Origin: Geosiphon pyriformis uo1
Lineage: Eukaryota > Fungi > Glomeromycota
Assembly: GCA_016748015.1 (NCBI GenBank)
Contig: JAAOMT010000597.1
Coordinates: 1 to 64,000 of the forward strand
Direction: 5' to 3'
Length of the DNA stretch: 64,000 bases
Positions 13,713 to 26,481 of the stretch are shown here, one piece after another. Each line of letters starts with the position of its first letter. Within the stretch, counting starts at the first letter, position 1. The translations under genes and the position numbers were made by a program. The notes below the pieces were generated by a model, which was given only the letters and a program-made list of their open reading frames with translations, was not told where the DNA came from and did no database searches.

Positions 13713-14083
13713 TCAAGTCATATGAGTTTTACAAATAGGGCAAACATAATATTCTTTAATACACAAAAAGAATGGGAGCCAAAACAAAGGCCAAAACAAG
13801 CATAACAAGAATGCAGCAGCAGCAAAAGCCGCAGTATCGGGGCGTCTTTGACGAATTGGAAGGATCCAACATCCACAAGTTTGACAATATTTGTTTTCTT
13901 GATTATCATTCAGAACAATGACTTGGGTCATGGGTGGTGGATGATTATGATCAGTAGGATGATAATGATAATGATTCGGTACACGATCATAAGGATTTGG
14001 GAACGCTCTGGGGGGTAATGCTGGAGTTATTGACATGGAAAGATTTGGGCTGGCATCGTAAATGGGTTCTGAATGATAATAAC

Positions 14084-14129
<46 letters not shown>

Positions 14130-14390
14130 TAATGATGATGATGCTGGTGATGAAAAAGAGTTTTCTAAATATGGTATTTTTGCTGCAGCAAAATCTTGAT
14201 TTACTATTTCATGTCCCAATTTTTCCCTTTCTTCAAAAGTTGAATGAGCTGTAAAATTTTGTTGTAAATTTGAGCCTGTTGGAAAAGTCACAAGATTTTC
14301 ATCATTGATAGGTTGTGGATTAGGTATTATCCCAAATTTTCCTGATAGAAATGGGTTATTACTATTATTATTATTCGTTTTCTCTCCCAT
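13713..14390 (-). CDS. LITAF-like zinc ribbon domain protein 1 (225 aa, intronless)
   Basis: Pro/Asn-rich N-terminus; C-terminal YCQTCG, hydrophobic AAFAAAAFLLCLFWPLFWLPFFL, then YVCPICK. NPF and PALPPR motifs. Confidence 0.9.
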
Positions 14391-15353
14391 TTATGATTAT
14401 ATAGATTGTTTGTATAACGATAAGTTAAAATAATTTCGTTGTTGAAATTATGAACAAAAAGTATAAAAAAAAAATATAAGTTTTTTTTTCTTGGAATAGT
14501 AATGTTTTTTTTTTTGTAAAATATTTATTTTCTCGATTGATGTTATTATCGACCTTTAAAATGAGTAAAGAATTATCGAACAGAACGTATATTTATATAA
14601 AGCTGTCTTGGGACTAACCAATCATTTTTCTGGTTATATTCTATATTAATCCGTGTAACAACAACAAAAAAATATTTTTTTTCCGAACTCCGGGCTTTTT
14701 TTTATCTAAAAACACTAGTTTCGAAACTTTTTGGGATAAAGTTTTCTTGGACTAATTTTTAATTAATAAATTTTTTAATAAAAAGAGTGAAAAAGATTTT
14801 ATCTGAAATTTTAGATTATGTAATCACATAAGCAAATATAGCAAATATAGCAAATATAGGAAATATAACAAATATCTAAGGAATTTTTTTTTTCAACCTA
14901 AAAAAAGGATATATTTTTTAAATTATATATATTTTTTCTTTTACAAGATTTCATCAAAATAGATATATAAATTTATATAAATATATATTTTAGGTAAATG
15001 ATCAATCTAAAAATTTGTGAGATTTTTTTCTCAAGTAAAAATTGTACGTAAATCTCAATCACACAAGAAATCAAGAAATTTATTACTACTAATATCAAAT
15101 GTTCTAAATTTTTATCTCGCTTTACATCCATTATATAATTTTACACTAATTATCCCGTTCTAAATTCATCATCTCACTCTATGAGCTAAAAAATCATGAA
15201 CTGATAAATAGACATTTTAAATGTATCTTACCATTTTATCATACTACCAATGATATCAATATAATGATTTGAAAATTTTATATAAAGAGGTTGCCTAAAA
15301 CTTACTTATTATTAAATTCAATTCTTTCTATTAACTAAAGTTCAACTGTAAAA

Positions 15354-16138
15354 ATGGCTAAAGGTCTACTCAAAGTTACTGTTGGTAAGTATCTATTTAT
15401 CTATCTATTTATCTATATATATATATATCTATTTAATCTAGCTACCTACATTTTATTCTTGATTCATGAAACATTCTTTTTTTTTGATTGTAGTCGAAGG
15501 CAAAGAAATTCGAGATAAAGATTACATTGGTAATGTGCTTTTCTGAGTTTAAGGTTTCTTTAGATTATTAGAGATCTGATAATTTTGCTACAAAATATTC
15601 TTTCATAAATTCAGGCAAAAGTGATCCTTATGTCGAACTTTGGATTGAGAAAAATTATAAGCAAAGAACGACCGCTCAGCCAAATACCTTTGAACCCAGT
15701 TTGGAATGAGAATTTTTTGTTGTAAGATTCGAGGGTTTTGTTTATTCTATTTTTCGTTTTATTATTAATTACAACTATCAAGGGAATATTTTTTTAAGTC
15801 TCAAATTATTTACATTAATCGACACTTTTTTTTTTAGCAATATTCACGATACAGAAAAGGAGCATACCCTTTATGTTCGAGTAGTGGATGAAGATGTAGT
15901 TAAAGATGATAAGGTTAAAAATTCAGATGAATAATTTGGGTCGACTCATAACACTATTTATACTCGTCTAATCGAATAATTGGCAAATAATCTGTTATAG
16001 ATCGGTGAAGGCAAGGTTGACCTTAAAAAAGTCTTCCAGAAAGGTCATATCGATACTTGGGTTTCGTTGCCAGCCTGGCTTGGACTTAAAAGTAATGGTG
16101 AAATTCATTTGATCCTTGATTTTCCTTTGAGTGTTTGA
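15354..16138 (+). CDS. Small single-C2-domain protein (about 128 aa); 5 exons (15354-15384, 15494-15529, 15615-15721, 15838-15913, 16001-16138); one extra nucleotide in exon 3 gives an in-frame TGA at 15707
   Basis: MAKGLLKVTVVEGKEIRDKDYIGKSDPYVELW...[+1]PVWNENFLFNI...LYVRVVDEDVVKDDKIGEGKVDL...WVSL...GEIHLILDF. Ca-binding Asp positions appear retained. Absent from the ORF track because the exons are short. Confidence 0.88.
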
Positions 16139-16238
16139 AGTTCTTCCCAGAGATGGATTTATTTTTCAATTATTATGATACTAAGAGGCTAGATTTTTTT
16201 TTCAATTTTGAGAACGAGTATAAAAGTTATTGATAAGG

Positions 16239-16288
16239 TTTATATGTATGTTTATATGTATGTTTATATGTATGTTTATATGTATGTT

Positions 16289-16320
<32 letters not shown>

Positions 16321-16330
16321 TGTATGTATG
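16239..16330. repeat. (TTTATATGTATG)n grading into (TATG)n
   Basis: Visible tandem run downstream of the C2 gene. Confidence 0.9.
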
Positions 16331-17731
16331 AATCACCTCATGTTTCCTCTTGAAAAACCTGTACTTGCAATAAATTTTTAGGAAGTAATTCTTGAAAAGA
16401 AAAAGAAAAATATAAACGTATTTAGTGATTAAAAGAATTATCGTTAAAAGAATTTTAACAAGATGAAATATTTCCCAGGTGCCCAATTTTATTCTTTCTG
16501 AATTCTTGAAACATTTATATAAATATATATAGATATTTATTTATTTATTTATTTGGAAATATGAATCATCATAATCCTTATAGACTAAATATTTTTCAAA
16601 GAGATAAATAAATATTTTTACACTAAAAATGGGATGATGAAATTTTTTTTGTATCAATATAATTTTATATTATTATATATATATTTATATATAAAACAAA
16701 TGCTAATTATGACGAAAAGTAAATAAATAAATGTTGAAATAATTATTTTACAAATTGGGGTTTTTTTTTTGTTATTTTTAATGATTAAATCTCATTTTAA
16801 TTTTTGAATTCGATTCGATTCGATTCGATTTGATTTGATTTGATTTGATTCTTATTTTGAAAGATGTTTTTATCATAAAATCCGAGTTTGTGTGAATCCG
16901 AAAAAATTCCCATCCCTATATAATTCTCAACTAAATGAAATACATGTACATGTACATGTAAAGTCAGGGACGTAGTAAAAACTTTACCTTTCTAATGAAA
17001 ACTTTTATACTTTAAATTTGACAGAAAATTACTGGTTATTTCCCAACCAACCAACCAATCAATCAATCAATCAATCAGTCAATCAATCAACCAATCAACC
17101 AACAAAACTGGGGACTACATAATCACTTGTCATGGTAATCTCATTCCTTGGCTAATTAGTTCTTTTCAGACTAACTTTTTACCTTGAATCGCATTTGATT
17201 AGTAACCAAAAATCAAAAATTTTTTATGTCATTTAAATCCTTATTTTGCGTTAAATTCTCTAAAACTGGTCTAGCACATAACTTTAGAAGACGGTCGTTT
17301 TTTTGGCGGAGAAACTTTGTTTTAAAAAATGATGATTTCAATGAGTCTGGACATTTCTCAGTTTTTGAAATAAAGGATTTTGTTAGACCTATTAAAATCT
17401 ATGATGATGATTAATGCAAAGTTAATGACTAACTAAATTTAGTGAAATCCGTGCCGTGTTTTATTGAAAAAATAAAAAAAGTGGGAAGAATTTCGGAAGA
17501 TCAATATTACAAGATTTTCCCATGTGAGATTATGAAAAAAGATTCAATGATTAGTCAATGCATTATTCATCTATTTGATGCGAGAAAAAAAGTATAAAAG
17601 AACCCGGTTCAATTTTACTAATTGGTGAGAAAACCATTAATTCACCTGATTTATTTTTTTTGAATCGATTCCTTTTCTCATAAATTTGGTCACGCGAATA
17701 TTTTACTCCCAAAGAAACTTCAAAATTAAAA

Positions 17732-18376
17732 ATGCCTGAAACAATTCAACCTTCTTCATCCTCTTCGACTAACAACCAACCTCCCGTTATTGGAACATCA
17801 ACAGACTCCAAAAATGATCCTCCAAAATATTCTCCAAGAGTAACAGATGTAAACACTCCAACAGACGAAGTACCCTTGGGACAATTAATTTATCCGAGCC
17901 ATTCAGTCGATTTGACGGTACCACCACCACCATATAAACCACGCGAGGGCCGTAACTCATCTTTTCAACATCATGATTATTATTATTATTATTATTCTTC
18001 TTCTTCTTCTTCTTCTTCTTCTTCTTCACACCAGCCTCATTATCCCTATAACGTGCAAACAATTACGGATGCAGCTCGGCCTCATTTACCGCCAAATCTT
18101 CCTGCTACACAACCCACTACTATTACCATGGAATATGTTCCGTTAGTGATTTTAGAAAAAGGACCTACGAGCATGTATTGTCCAAATTGTCGACAACAAG
18201 TTGTTACCACAATAGGCCGAACTCCAGCCACTCAAGCTTATTGTTGCTCAGCGATTTTATGTTTTGTATGTTGGCCATTGTTTTGGGTCCCATGCCTAAT
18301 GAGAAGTTTTCAAAAAAAATTTCATAAATGCTCGGAATGTAATCGAGTTTTAGCATTAATTGAACGGGATATATGA
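17732..18376 (+). CDS. LITAF-like zinc ribbon domain protein 2 (214 aa, intronless) with two PPxY motifs
   Basis: GPTSMYCPNCRQQVVTTI...CCSAILCFVCWPLFWVPCLM...HKCSECNRVL is a canonical LITAF domain. PPKY and PPPY in the Pro-rich N-terminus. Confidence 0.93.
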   Translation: MPETIQPSSSSSTNNQPPVIGTSTDSKNDPPKYSPRVTDVNTPTDEVPLGQLIYPSHSVDLTVPPPPYKPREGRNSSFQHHDYYYYYYSSSSSSSSSSSHQPHYPYNVQTITDAARPHLPPNLPATQPTTITMEYVPLVILEKGPTSMYCPNCRQQVVTTIGRTPATQAYCCSAILCFVCWPLFWVPCLMRSFQKKFHKCSECNRVLALIERDI

Positions 18377-19012
18377 AATTTTTGATTATCAATATTTTAG
18401 AGTTTTAAAAATTTTTATTTATTCGAATATTTTTTATCTTTGGGAGAATATTAATATTAATCCCAATTCTAGAAATCCCAATTTTCAAAAGCTCTAACCC
18501 TAATCTGTATAGTCAACTTTAAAAAAAGAATCATGAGACCTCTTTCAATAAATTCCCTTTTTGATGTAACAAAGAATGATCATCATCATCATCATTAGCA
18601 TCATTAGCATCATTAGCATCAAACAAAAAATAGAATAATGTGGTTCGGGAACTTCCTTTATATTTTTGTGTAAACAATGATTTTCAAAATTTTCTTTTAC
18701 CGGATCCCGGTATATCGACATCTGGGCGTAGATATGACGATATTTTCCCATGCTTTCGTCATATAAAATTGCTCTAGCTGACATTTTTCCCCTTGTCAAT
18801 CATTCAATCAGCACCCCAATTGATCGTTTGACAAATTATAAATAAACTACCTCCTTTCCGCCCACCAAATTCAGACCTAATAAATACATGACACTCTTCA
18901 TTTTAACCTTATTTCTCTTTGCTATTCTCATAACTTGAACTTTAAATCCCGGGGGACGTTTTTTTTTTTTCAAAATAAATCAAAAAAAGGAAACCATATC
19001 AACACCAGAATT

Positions 19013-19459
19013 ATGACAGTAACAGCCGGTGATGTTCTTGAAATTCTCGTAGCAATTTTGTTTCCACCAGCAGCTGTGCTTATGGTGGCTGGTTGCGGTG
19101 CCGATTTCTGTATAAATAGTAAGTTTTGTTTCATGATTGTGACCTCCTCCGCTACCTTCCAATAACATTTTCTTTTTCAAGTGATTATTATTAACTTTTT
19201 TTTCCAAACGATTAAATCATTTTTCATAATTTTTCTAGTTGGATTAACTATTCTCGGCTACATTCCTGGTCATATACATGCTTTTTATATCCTTTACAAA
19301 AAACATGAGGCTAGAGAAGCGTATCATCGTCGTAGTACATTGTTAACTTCGCCGTCGATGCCCGTACCATCTGAGCCAATGCCACCACCGTATAACAGTC
19401 GTGATCCTGCCCACGTTGATAACATTACTACTTCGGGTAAGCATTATGGATCTGTTTGA
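19013..19459 (+). CDS. Pmp3/Sna (UPF0057) proteolipid with Sna3-like PPPY tail, 108 aa; exons 19013-19118, 19239-19459
   Basis: DVLEILVAILFPPAAVLMVAGCGADFCINIGLTILGYIPGHIHAFYIL matches the Pmp3 signature; tail has PPPY and terminal YGSV. Confidence 0.92.
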
Positions 19460-19833
19460 ATTGTTAGATGGGTAAGATCTTTTCATGGAACGGAGAAATC
19501 CAAGAAATAGAAAATAATTATGTAAGAAAGTTTTTCAATTGTGTTCATAGAATCAAGTAAAAGCTAATTGGAAATTAAAATTGAAGCCTTACCTCTATAT
19601 TTCGTTAAATCAGATTATTAAAATATCCATTGCAACTTATCCTTAATTACAATTTAATGTTGAAAAGATTTTTAAATTAGACACCTCACACATTATCAAC
19701 TAATTTTTATTTTTTGGAAATGTAAATAACTTCTTTAATCCCAATTTGAAATTTTGTATTAACCGAATTTGATACTTGTATTGAAAAAATAACTATTAAT
19801 AAACTAATGTAAATTCATGATTATGAAATTAAG

Positions 19834-19866
<33 letters not shown>

Positions 19867-20040
19867 ACATTGTATATATTAATTAAATAAAAGGATACTA
19901 TATTAACAAAATTTTTATGTTATTTGGGGAAATCTTTTTATTCGATCCCCATCATTTCCCAAATTGGCATGTGACATTATTTTCAGATAAACAAAACGCG
20001 TACTAATTGTGGAAAATATTTTTCCAGAAAAAAAAAAAAA

Positions 20041-20542
20041 ATGCAGTCTGAACCAGCGACTCCACGTATCAAAGTATTCACAGAAACCCATCTTCATTTC
20101 TCTATACCGATATACTTTCAAATAACAGTTTTAAAAGAGTCTGCTTTCGTATGGGTAAGTAATCATGGAAACGAAGTTCTACAAAATTTGGCAGTTGCAA
20201 TGCCTCCTTTACCTTTTGGAGGTATCACCACATCAGCAACAACTATCCTGTCAAAGGAAGTAGAAGAGACTTCAAAACAGTTGAGTCAGAAACTTGGTAT
20301 GCTATTTTATTTAATTTTCATTTGAGTGACTTTATTCTTGCTTATTTTTTGTTAGTTGGGAAATTTTCGTTTTTTCCCAAATAGATAAACAAGTATTCTT
20401 TTTTCTTATTTTTTAAATAGCTCGAAAATTCAAAAAACAATTCTTTGTGAGTATAAATCTTGCGCCGTCGAACGACCAAGCAATGCTCATGTTTATCGAA
20501 AAGAAAATTTTTGAATTTGTAAAGGAAGTAGCCGTCTCATGA
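20041..20542 (+). CDS. POC4: Proteasome assembly chaperone 4 (Poc4/PSMG4-like); exons 20041-20296, 20421-20542
   Basis: IYFQITVLKESAFVWV...LQNLAVAMP...ATTIL...SKQLSQKLARKFKKQFFVSINL...FIEKKI matches the PAC4 family pattern. Confidence 0.85.
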
Positions 20543-20916
20543 ATTTTTTTCTCGATTGAAAATAGTTTTAGAAATAACTTTGAATTCATCCTGGTATCTT
20601 TGAATTCGATCAATCAAAAACTGTTATCTAAAAATTTCTTGACCAAACTGAATTAATTTATTAAGTGCGACTGATAAGAATCATGCGAAAGAAAATCTTC
20701 ATCTGTATTTTTAGGAAACATTTAAAGTCTCGCGTTAATATTATGTAACCTTAGAGATCGATTTCTCAAACGAGATTTCGTTCTCAAATATTAACAAACT
20801 TAATACAAACTAGAGATCAACTTGGAGATTAAAGAACTTTACGAATTTGAAACTATTAATCAACAAAGAAAATGCAAATAAAAAAGCTATTAAACCATCC
20901 TATCAAACTTTTAAAT

Positions 20917-21702
20917 TCAATTGAGGATTCGTTTCTTGAGAACGTTCCAATGAGAATGATAACAAAAAGGATTTCTATTTCCACCACATTCGGTGGCGAC
21001 CAGACTCCAGCGGCAGCCATGCTTTTCAATAGCCTCAATGAGCTGTCTGTCCTGTTCGGGAGTCCAAAATCCAGACTTACGATCCCGAGGACGAGGTTTC
21101 GCGACTTTACCTCCCTCTATACAAGAAATCTGCGAGGATTTTTTCCTATATTTCCTGCTTCGGCCACCAGAGGTCAAAGTTTTTGCTACAAAATGATCCG
21201 ATAGTGAATCAGTCTTCAGCACCGGACAGTTCGTGAATAGGTCTTGATCGAGGATGGGGCTTTCTCTTATCTTGATATCTTCAAGGTATTCAGGATCACG
21301 TTCACGTTCCTCTTCTGTGGTTTCTTCCTCAAAATGATTCGGGATATAATCGCTATCATTTTCATCTTCATAAGGAATAAGGCCTCCTTTGACGACTCGC
21401 CGACACGATTTTTGTGAATCTTTTACTGAGATCGAGTCATAATTCGGTAAGAATTCATTATTCTCAGTATTCTCTGATTTTCCGGTGCTCTAGGTATTAG
21501 AAATCATCAATTTTATCGGAAAACAAAAATATTTTTCATCTAGTAAAGATGTAATCCCTACTTCATTCGTGATCAAAAGATCAACTTGTTCTTCGTCTGA
21601 AACGAGGTTGATAAAACCAAGGGGTTCTGGATTAATTTCTTGCTCCATCTTTAATTTTTTATCTTCATCTACGAGGTTGTTTCCCTGCTTTAAAGAATCC
21701 AT
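20917..21702 (-). CDS. Acidic protein with a single C-terminal Myb/SANT domain (237 aa); exons 21702-21562, 21489-20917
   Basis: KSGFWTPEQDRQLIEAIEKHGCRWSLVATECGGNR...HWNVLK; a GT-AG intron with CTAAT branch site joins two ORFs in frame. Confidence 0.8.
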
Positions 21703-21855
21703 GATTCATGTCTTTGCAATATTTGTTGAATATTTTGAAACAGAAAAGGAAAGATGGCAATATATATATATATATATATAACCACGCTCACAAAACAACA
21801 TATTAATCATTTTGTAGTGAGATTAAGAGGAAAAAGTCGTATCAAACGATGACTC

Positions 21856-21895
<40 letters not shown>

Positions 21896-22041
21896 TCAAT
21901 TTAGAAAACCATCATCCAAAATCATTTCCTGATTGATTGATGAATTGATATTTATTAAAATTGAAAAAACTCCTAATATTCCACAAATGTTATTAAATTT
22001 AAAAGGAAAATAAATAACTGGCTAACGAAAAACCATTTTTC

Positions 22042-23085
22042 CTAGGAAAAATAACCCGGTAAAATGTATTCCAACCTTCGAACTGCTTCGGAATTTCGAA
22101 GTGATCCATCCGTAATGCTTGAGTATTTCATAGTTCCTTTCACATGGTCAAATTTACCATCAATTATTCCCTTTTCTAAAATGGGTAATACGGCCTCCAA
22201 CAATTTTCTCGCATTTGCCCCATTCTGTCCAAGATTCTCCAGTACCATCTCAACTGTGACCGGTTCCTCATTCTTTTTCCAACAGTCATAATCAGTAGAC
22301 ATGCATATCATCTGATACGCAATTTCTGCTTCACGTGCCAATTTCGCTTCTGGTAAAGCTGACATGTTGATTATATCACCTCCCCAGGCGCGATATAAGT
22401 TTGATTCGGCTCTAGTTGAGAATGCCGGTCCTTCCATACAGATCAAAGTTTTATCTTTATGAAAATCAACGTCAACTAACTCTCGTTGAGCCCAGATAAT
22501 CTCCGCTAATGTCTCGTTAAACGGATCAGAGAACATCGCATGTCCCGCAATACCTTTTTCGAAAAATGTCGAAGGTCGAATACCTTTTGTGCGATCAATG
22601 ATTTGTGATGGCACAACAAAATCACGCGGTTTTATTTCTTCTCTCAGAGATCCAACGGATGAATAAGCGATTATCACTTTTACGCCGATATGTTTAAGTG
22701 CTGCAATGTTTGCTCGTGAGGGTACTTCGGATGGATTTAGGATGTGACCTTGACCATGACGTGCAAGAAATGCGATATTAATCCCATGAGAGTGATGCAT
22801 TATCTTTATTTTGTCGCTTGGATAGCCCCATGGCTATTGAGTTACAAAGATAGTTAGGATTTTTTTGATCGATACAATGTGTCATGTGATATTTTTTCGA
22901 GCTATTTGCAGTAAAAATTTTGGATATCTCCTTTTCTGATATTTTTTGAAGTTCAATATAATGTGATACGTAGAAATTGCGTGGTAACCTACAGTTTCTT
23001 CGTAGACTTCTCTAACAAATTTCAAGTCATGAAGTGCGTAAAGACCTGTACCACCGATAACACCTATTTTTACGTCAGTGGTCAT
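22042..23085 (-). CDS. MEU1: S-methyl-5'-thioadenosine phosphorylase (294 aa); exons 23085-22993, 22833-22042
   Basis: KIGVIGGTGLY, TPWGYPSD, FLARHGQGH, RANIAALK, ICMEGPAFSTRAES, INMSALPEAKLAREAE, STDYDCW. Confidence 0.96.
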
Positions 23086-23399
23086 CTTTTAATGAATAAG
23101 TTATCACTTGCTTTCTGAACGGATCAAAAGGTTAAAATTTTTATCATCTATCTATGGCGTTACACGAAGATGGCTAATCATCCACATGCGACTATCCTAT
23201 CTATTCCTTGATGTTCCCATCAATAAATCACCTTTTAATTGCATAATTATTTTTATGAATGTTTAAAAAATTAAAATTGTCTTTTTTTTTTTGTTTTTTT
23301 GTTTTTTTGTTGATAGTAGTTTTTTCACAATTTACATAGACATATACATGTCTAAAATAAATGTGAATCATGAATTTTTTCAATGTGACCTGCCATTTG

Positions 23400-23981
23400 A
23401 ACCGATCAAGATTATTCTACAAGAATACAAATTTCTTTAAAACTTAATATACTATTCACTTTTGCCTTACAGATTATGAAGAATTTTGCACAAACATTTT
23501 TTTTTTATAATTCTACTATATTAAAATTGCATTAAAACTTATTTTTAATCATAAGAGTATTCAAAATAAAATGTAAGAATGTTTTTTTTTTAATTATTTT
23601 TTATAATATTAAAAATTTATCTAATTATATTTTTTACAAGTATTAATAATATTATTAAAAATTAAACTTTAAAATTAAATTTTTAAAATTTTGTCTTTGA
23701 TAAAACAAATTTTTTTTTTTATATTATTAAGCTTTACAAAAATAATTAAAAATCAAAAACCAATTAATTAATTTAAAATAATTTGTTTTTAAAATTAATG
23801 TTTTTAAAATTAATGTTTTTAATTTTTTAATCTTTATTTTTTTTATATGCAAATAACGAATATGGTCCAATTGCTACCTACAAATATGTTTTTAAATACT
23901 TTTAATAATATTAACTAATTTTAAAAATTTTTAAAAATTATATAAATTAATTAAATTAAAATTAAAATTAGGTTAAGTTAA

Positions 23982-24015
<34 letters not shown>

Positions 24016-24330
24016 TATTGTATAATACATAATTATTAATATTTTAAAATTTAGTTAATTTATTACTTTTAATTATTATGTTAACCATTTTTTAAATTAT
24101 AAATAATTTAAACCTTATTTTATTAACCAATTTTTTTATAAATAATATTGAATATAAATTATTAAATTAAATTATAAAATATTTATTTATTTAATAAAGA
24201 ATTTAAAAATATTCTTGATCTTAAACTACCAAATATAAATTATAAATTTATATTGTTTTACTTGGTAGCAATACTATAAAAAAAAAATGCTTTTATACAA
24301 AAAATAACCTCTTTTAATAATGACTATAAA
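23400..24330. other. Extremely AT-rich, nearly CpG-free island between two genes; probable eroded transposon relic
   Basis: Composition resembles the eroded TE block after 37.6 kb; no recognisable coding motif. Confidence 0.4.
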
Positions 24331-24686
24331 ATCTCAATAAGTTGCAACTAATGTAATATATGATTTGTAACTCTAAATCATAAACATAATTAGTTGCAAT
24401 CTATAAATTAACATTAGAACTTTGGCACTGTGAATTATAAGCCTAAAAAAGTATTTAATTGTTGTGAATCAGCAAATTTTGATATCGATCGCATCACTAA
24501 AAGCATTAAAGCAAGCTGCTCTATACTTTGAAAACGAAGAATTCGGAAAGTAAAGAAAAAAAAAAAACAAGAACAAAACTAGAGATCTGGGGAAAATAAA
24601 TAGCAGGATCAAATTGACTATTAAACTGAAACCCTTGGCTTGTATATTATTGATATATATTCTTCTGGTATATGACAGAATGGTAT

Positions 24687-26068
24687 TTACTTTTTAAGAA
24701 GCTCTTCTTTAATTTTATAATTCATAATCTGTATAAATTTGAGACAAGGTTAAATAAATGGTGGAGTATCAATCTAAAATAAAAGGGATATTGATGAACT
24801 TACCTTATCCCAGTCAAGCTTATGACGGGTCATTGGGAGAGCACGCCTCAAGCTTTTAAAGGTATTATCAGCAAGTTCAGAATAAGCTTCGATCAAGGAA
24901 GTTTGGAACTCGTGTTCTGATTTGCTAATTTGTTTAACGTATGCGGCAGCCGCTAAATTATGATCCTGAAAGGAAAAACAAATTAAATTAACTTGATCTT
25001 TAATAGAATATTAAAAAACAATTTCTTACATCAAGACTAGTTGTTATAATTGCTTCAAAGTCTTTGTTGCAATTCAATTGTACATTTCCGTCTTCAAAAT
25101 AATGTACATTAACCTTGATCGATCCCTTGATCTCTCCAGATTCCGGTGAAATATGCCAGACTGAACGCCATCTGCCATTCCTTAATGAAAATGAAAGATA
25201 TCAATTTTATTAAAAACTTTATCTATACCCGGTAAATCAATAACAGACAAACCAGAGATTTTCCGGGTTATATTTATTATTAACAATTGCTATCGTGACT
25301 TTTTGGTCTTTAGCGTAAACGGTTACAACCCCTGTCGGATAATGATCTGAAACAAATTCTTGAATAGCAGAATCTATAGCGCCTCTAAAAAATTATGGAA
25401 TTTAAGCTAAAAAAAAAAAGTTTCACAAAGACTTATTCAGCATCATGAGTCTACCTGATGGGTTCACTTTCTTCATCGAGTTCGTGTGGTTTAACTTCGA
25501 TTACTCTCTATCATAAAAAGAAACACCAAGAGAAGAAACGTTATGAAAATTTACAAACATAAAAATCATTATGAAATTCTTACCTGACGTAGATGATCAA
25601 ATTTAAACGTGAGATGCGACCTCGGGTCAATGAAAAAATCTGGTTCAAGCTGCCCGTATCTTGAAACGATTACCTAAATTCTATATTTATAAATAACAAA
25701 TCGAATTTCAAATGATGTACCAGTAATCATAAAATTAAGCCTTACTTGGTGGTCGTGTCCCGGCAAAGCTGCAGTTATGAACTGCTCTGTATTGTATTCT
25801 TCGAGAGCAGACAAAATACCGGCTTGAAATGCGGCATCGTCATTCATCAAAATACGTAAATCTGGAAAATTAAATTTGTTGTATGAAAATGATTACTTTA
25901 TAAATTAACATTTAGAATCTTATCTAGCTCGCTGAAAAAACTTTCTCATTATTTAAACCAACCATTAAAGACATCGTCAACTTCACCAGGTGGGCTATCA
26001 AGCAAGAAGCCAGTCACAATTTTTATTTTTTCCTCTAAACTCAATTGTTCTTCTGGTGGAATGTCCAT
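24687..26068 (-). CDS. CAP1: F-actin capping protein alpha subunit, multi-exon
   Basis: Minus strand: MDIPPEEQLSLEEKIKIVTGFLLDSPPGEVDDVFN, EEYNTEQF, IVNNKYNPENLW/NGRWRSVW, IKVNVHYFEDGNVQL, FKSLRRALPMTRHKLDWDK, IMNYKIKEELLKK*. Confidence 0.95.
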
Positions 26069-26481
26069 AATGAAGTTTAATCAATTGATTTTTCCCTACA
26101 AAATTTCATCGATAAATAAAGGGGTTAGGTATACAAATAGCAGCTAGCTAACCAAAAAGGGTGACTCAGGTTCTAATTAAGTTTCAAATCAGAAATTCAT
26201 ATAAACAGAACAAATAATTCTATCAGGAAGACTATGGAAGAACACTGGGATGCTTTTGTTGCACCAAAAACTTAAAATATATTACTTCCAACTAAATTAA
26301 TTATAGTTGTAAATTGAAGTCTGTTAAAATTAAAACCAAACAAAAATTGCCAAGTAAGTCACCGTCAAGAAAACGTCAAAAAAGAAAACGCATAAAATTT
26401 GGGCTCAAACGTTAGAACTTTAGCTTCACTAACGCGATACTTTCTCTTCTATCGAAATCATATATATACAATTTTCTATCA

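Noticed and set aside
20917-21080. Myb domain as a telomere-binding telobox (TRF/Tbf1/Tay1)
   Set aside because: It lacks the telobox LKDKWRN recognition helix (reads FCYHSHWNV).
20856-21204. Plus-strand ORFs overlapping the Myb gene (similarly 7043-7267, 22064-22291, 32040-32297, 34981-35221)
   Set aside because: Antisense or alternate-frame shadows of real exons.
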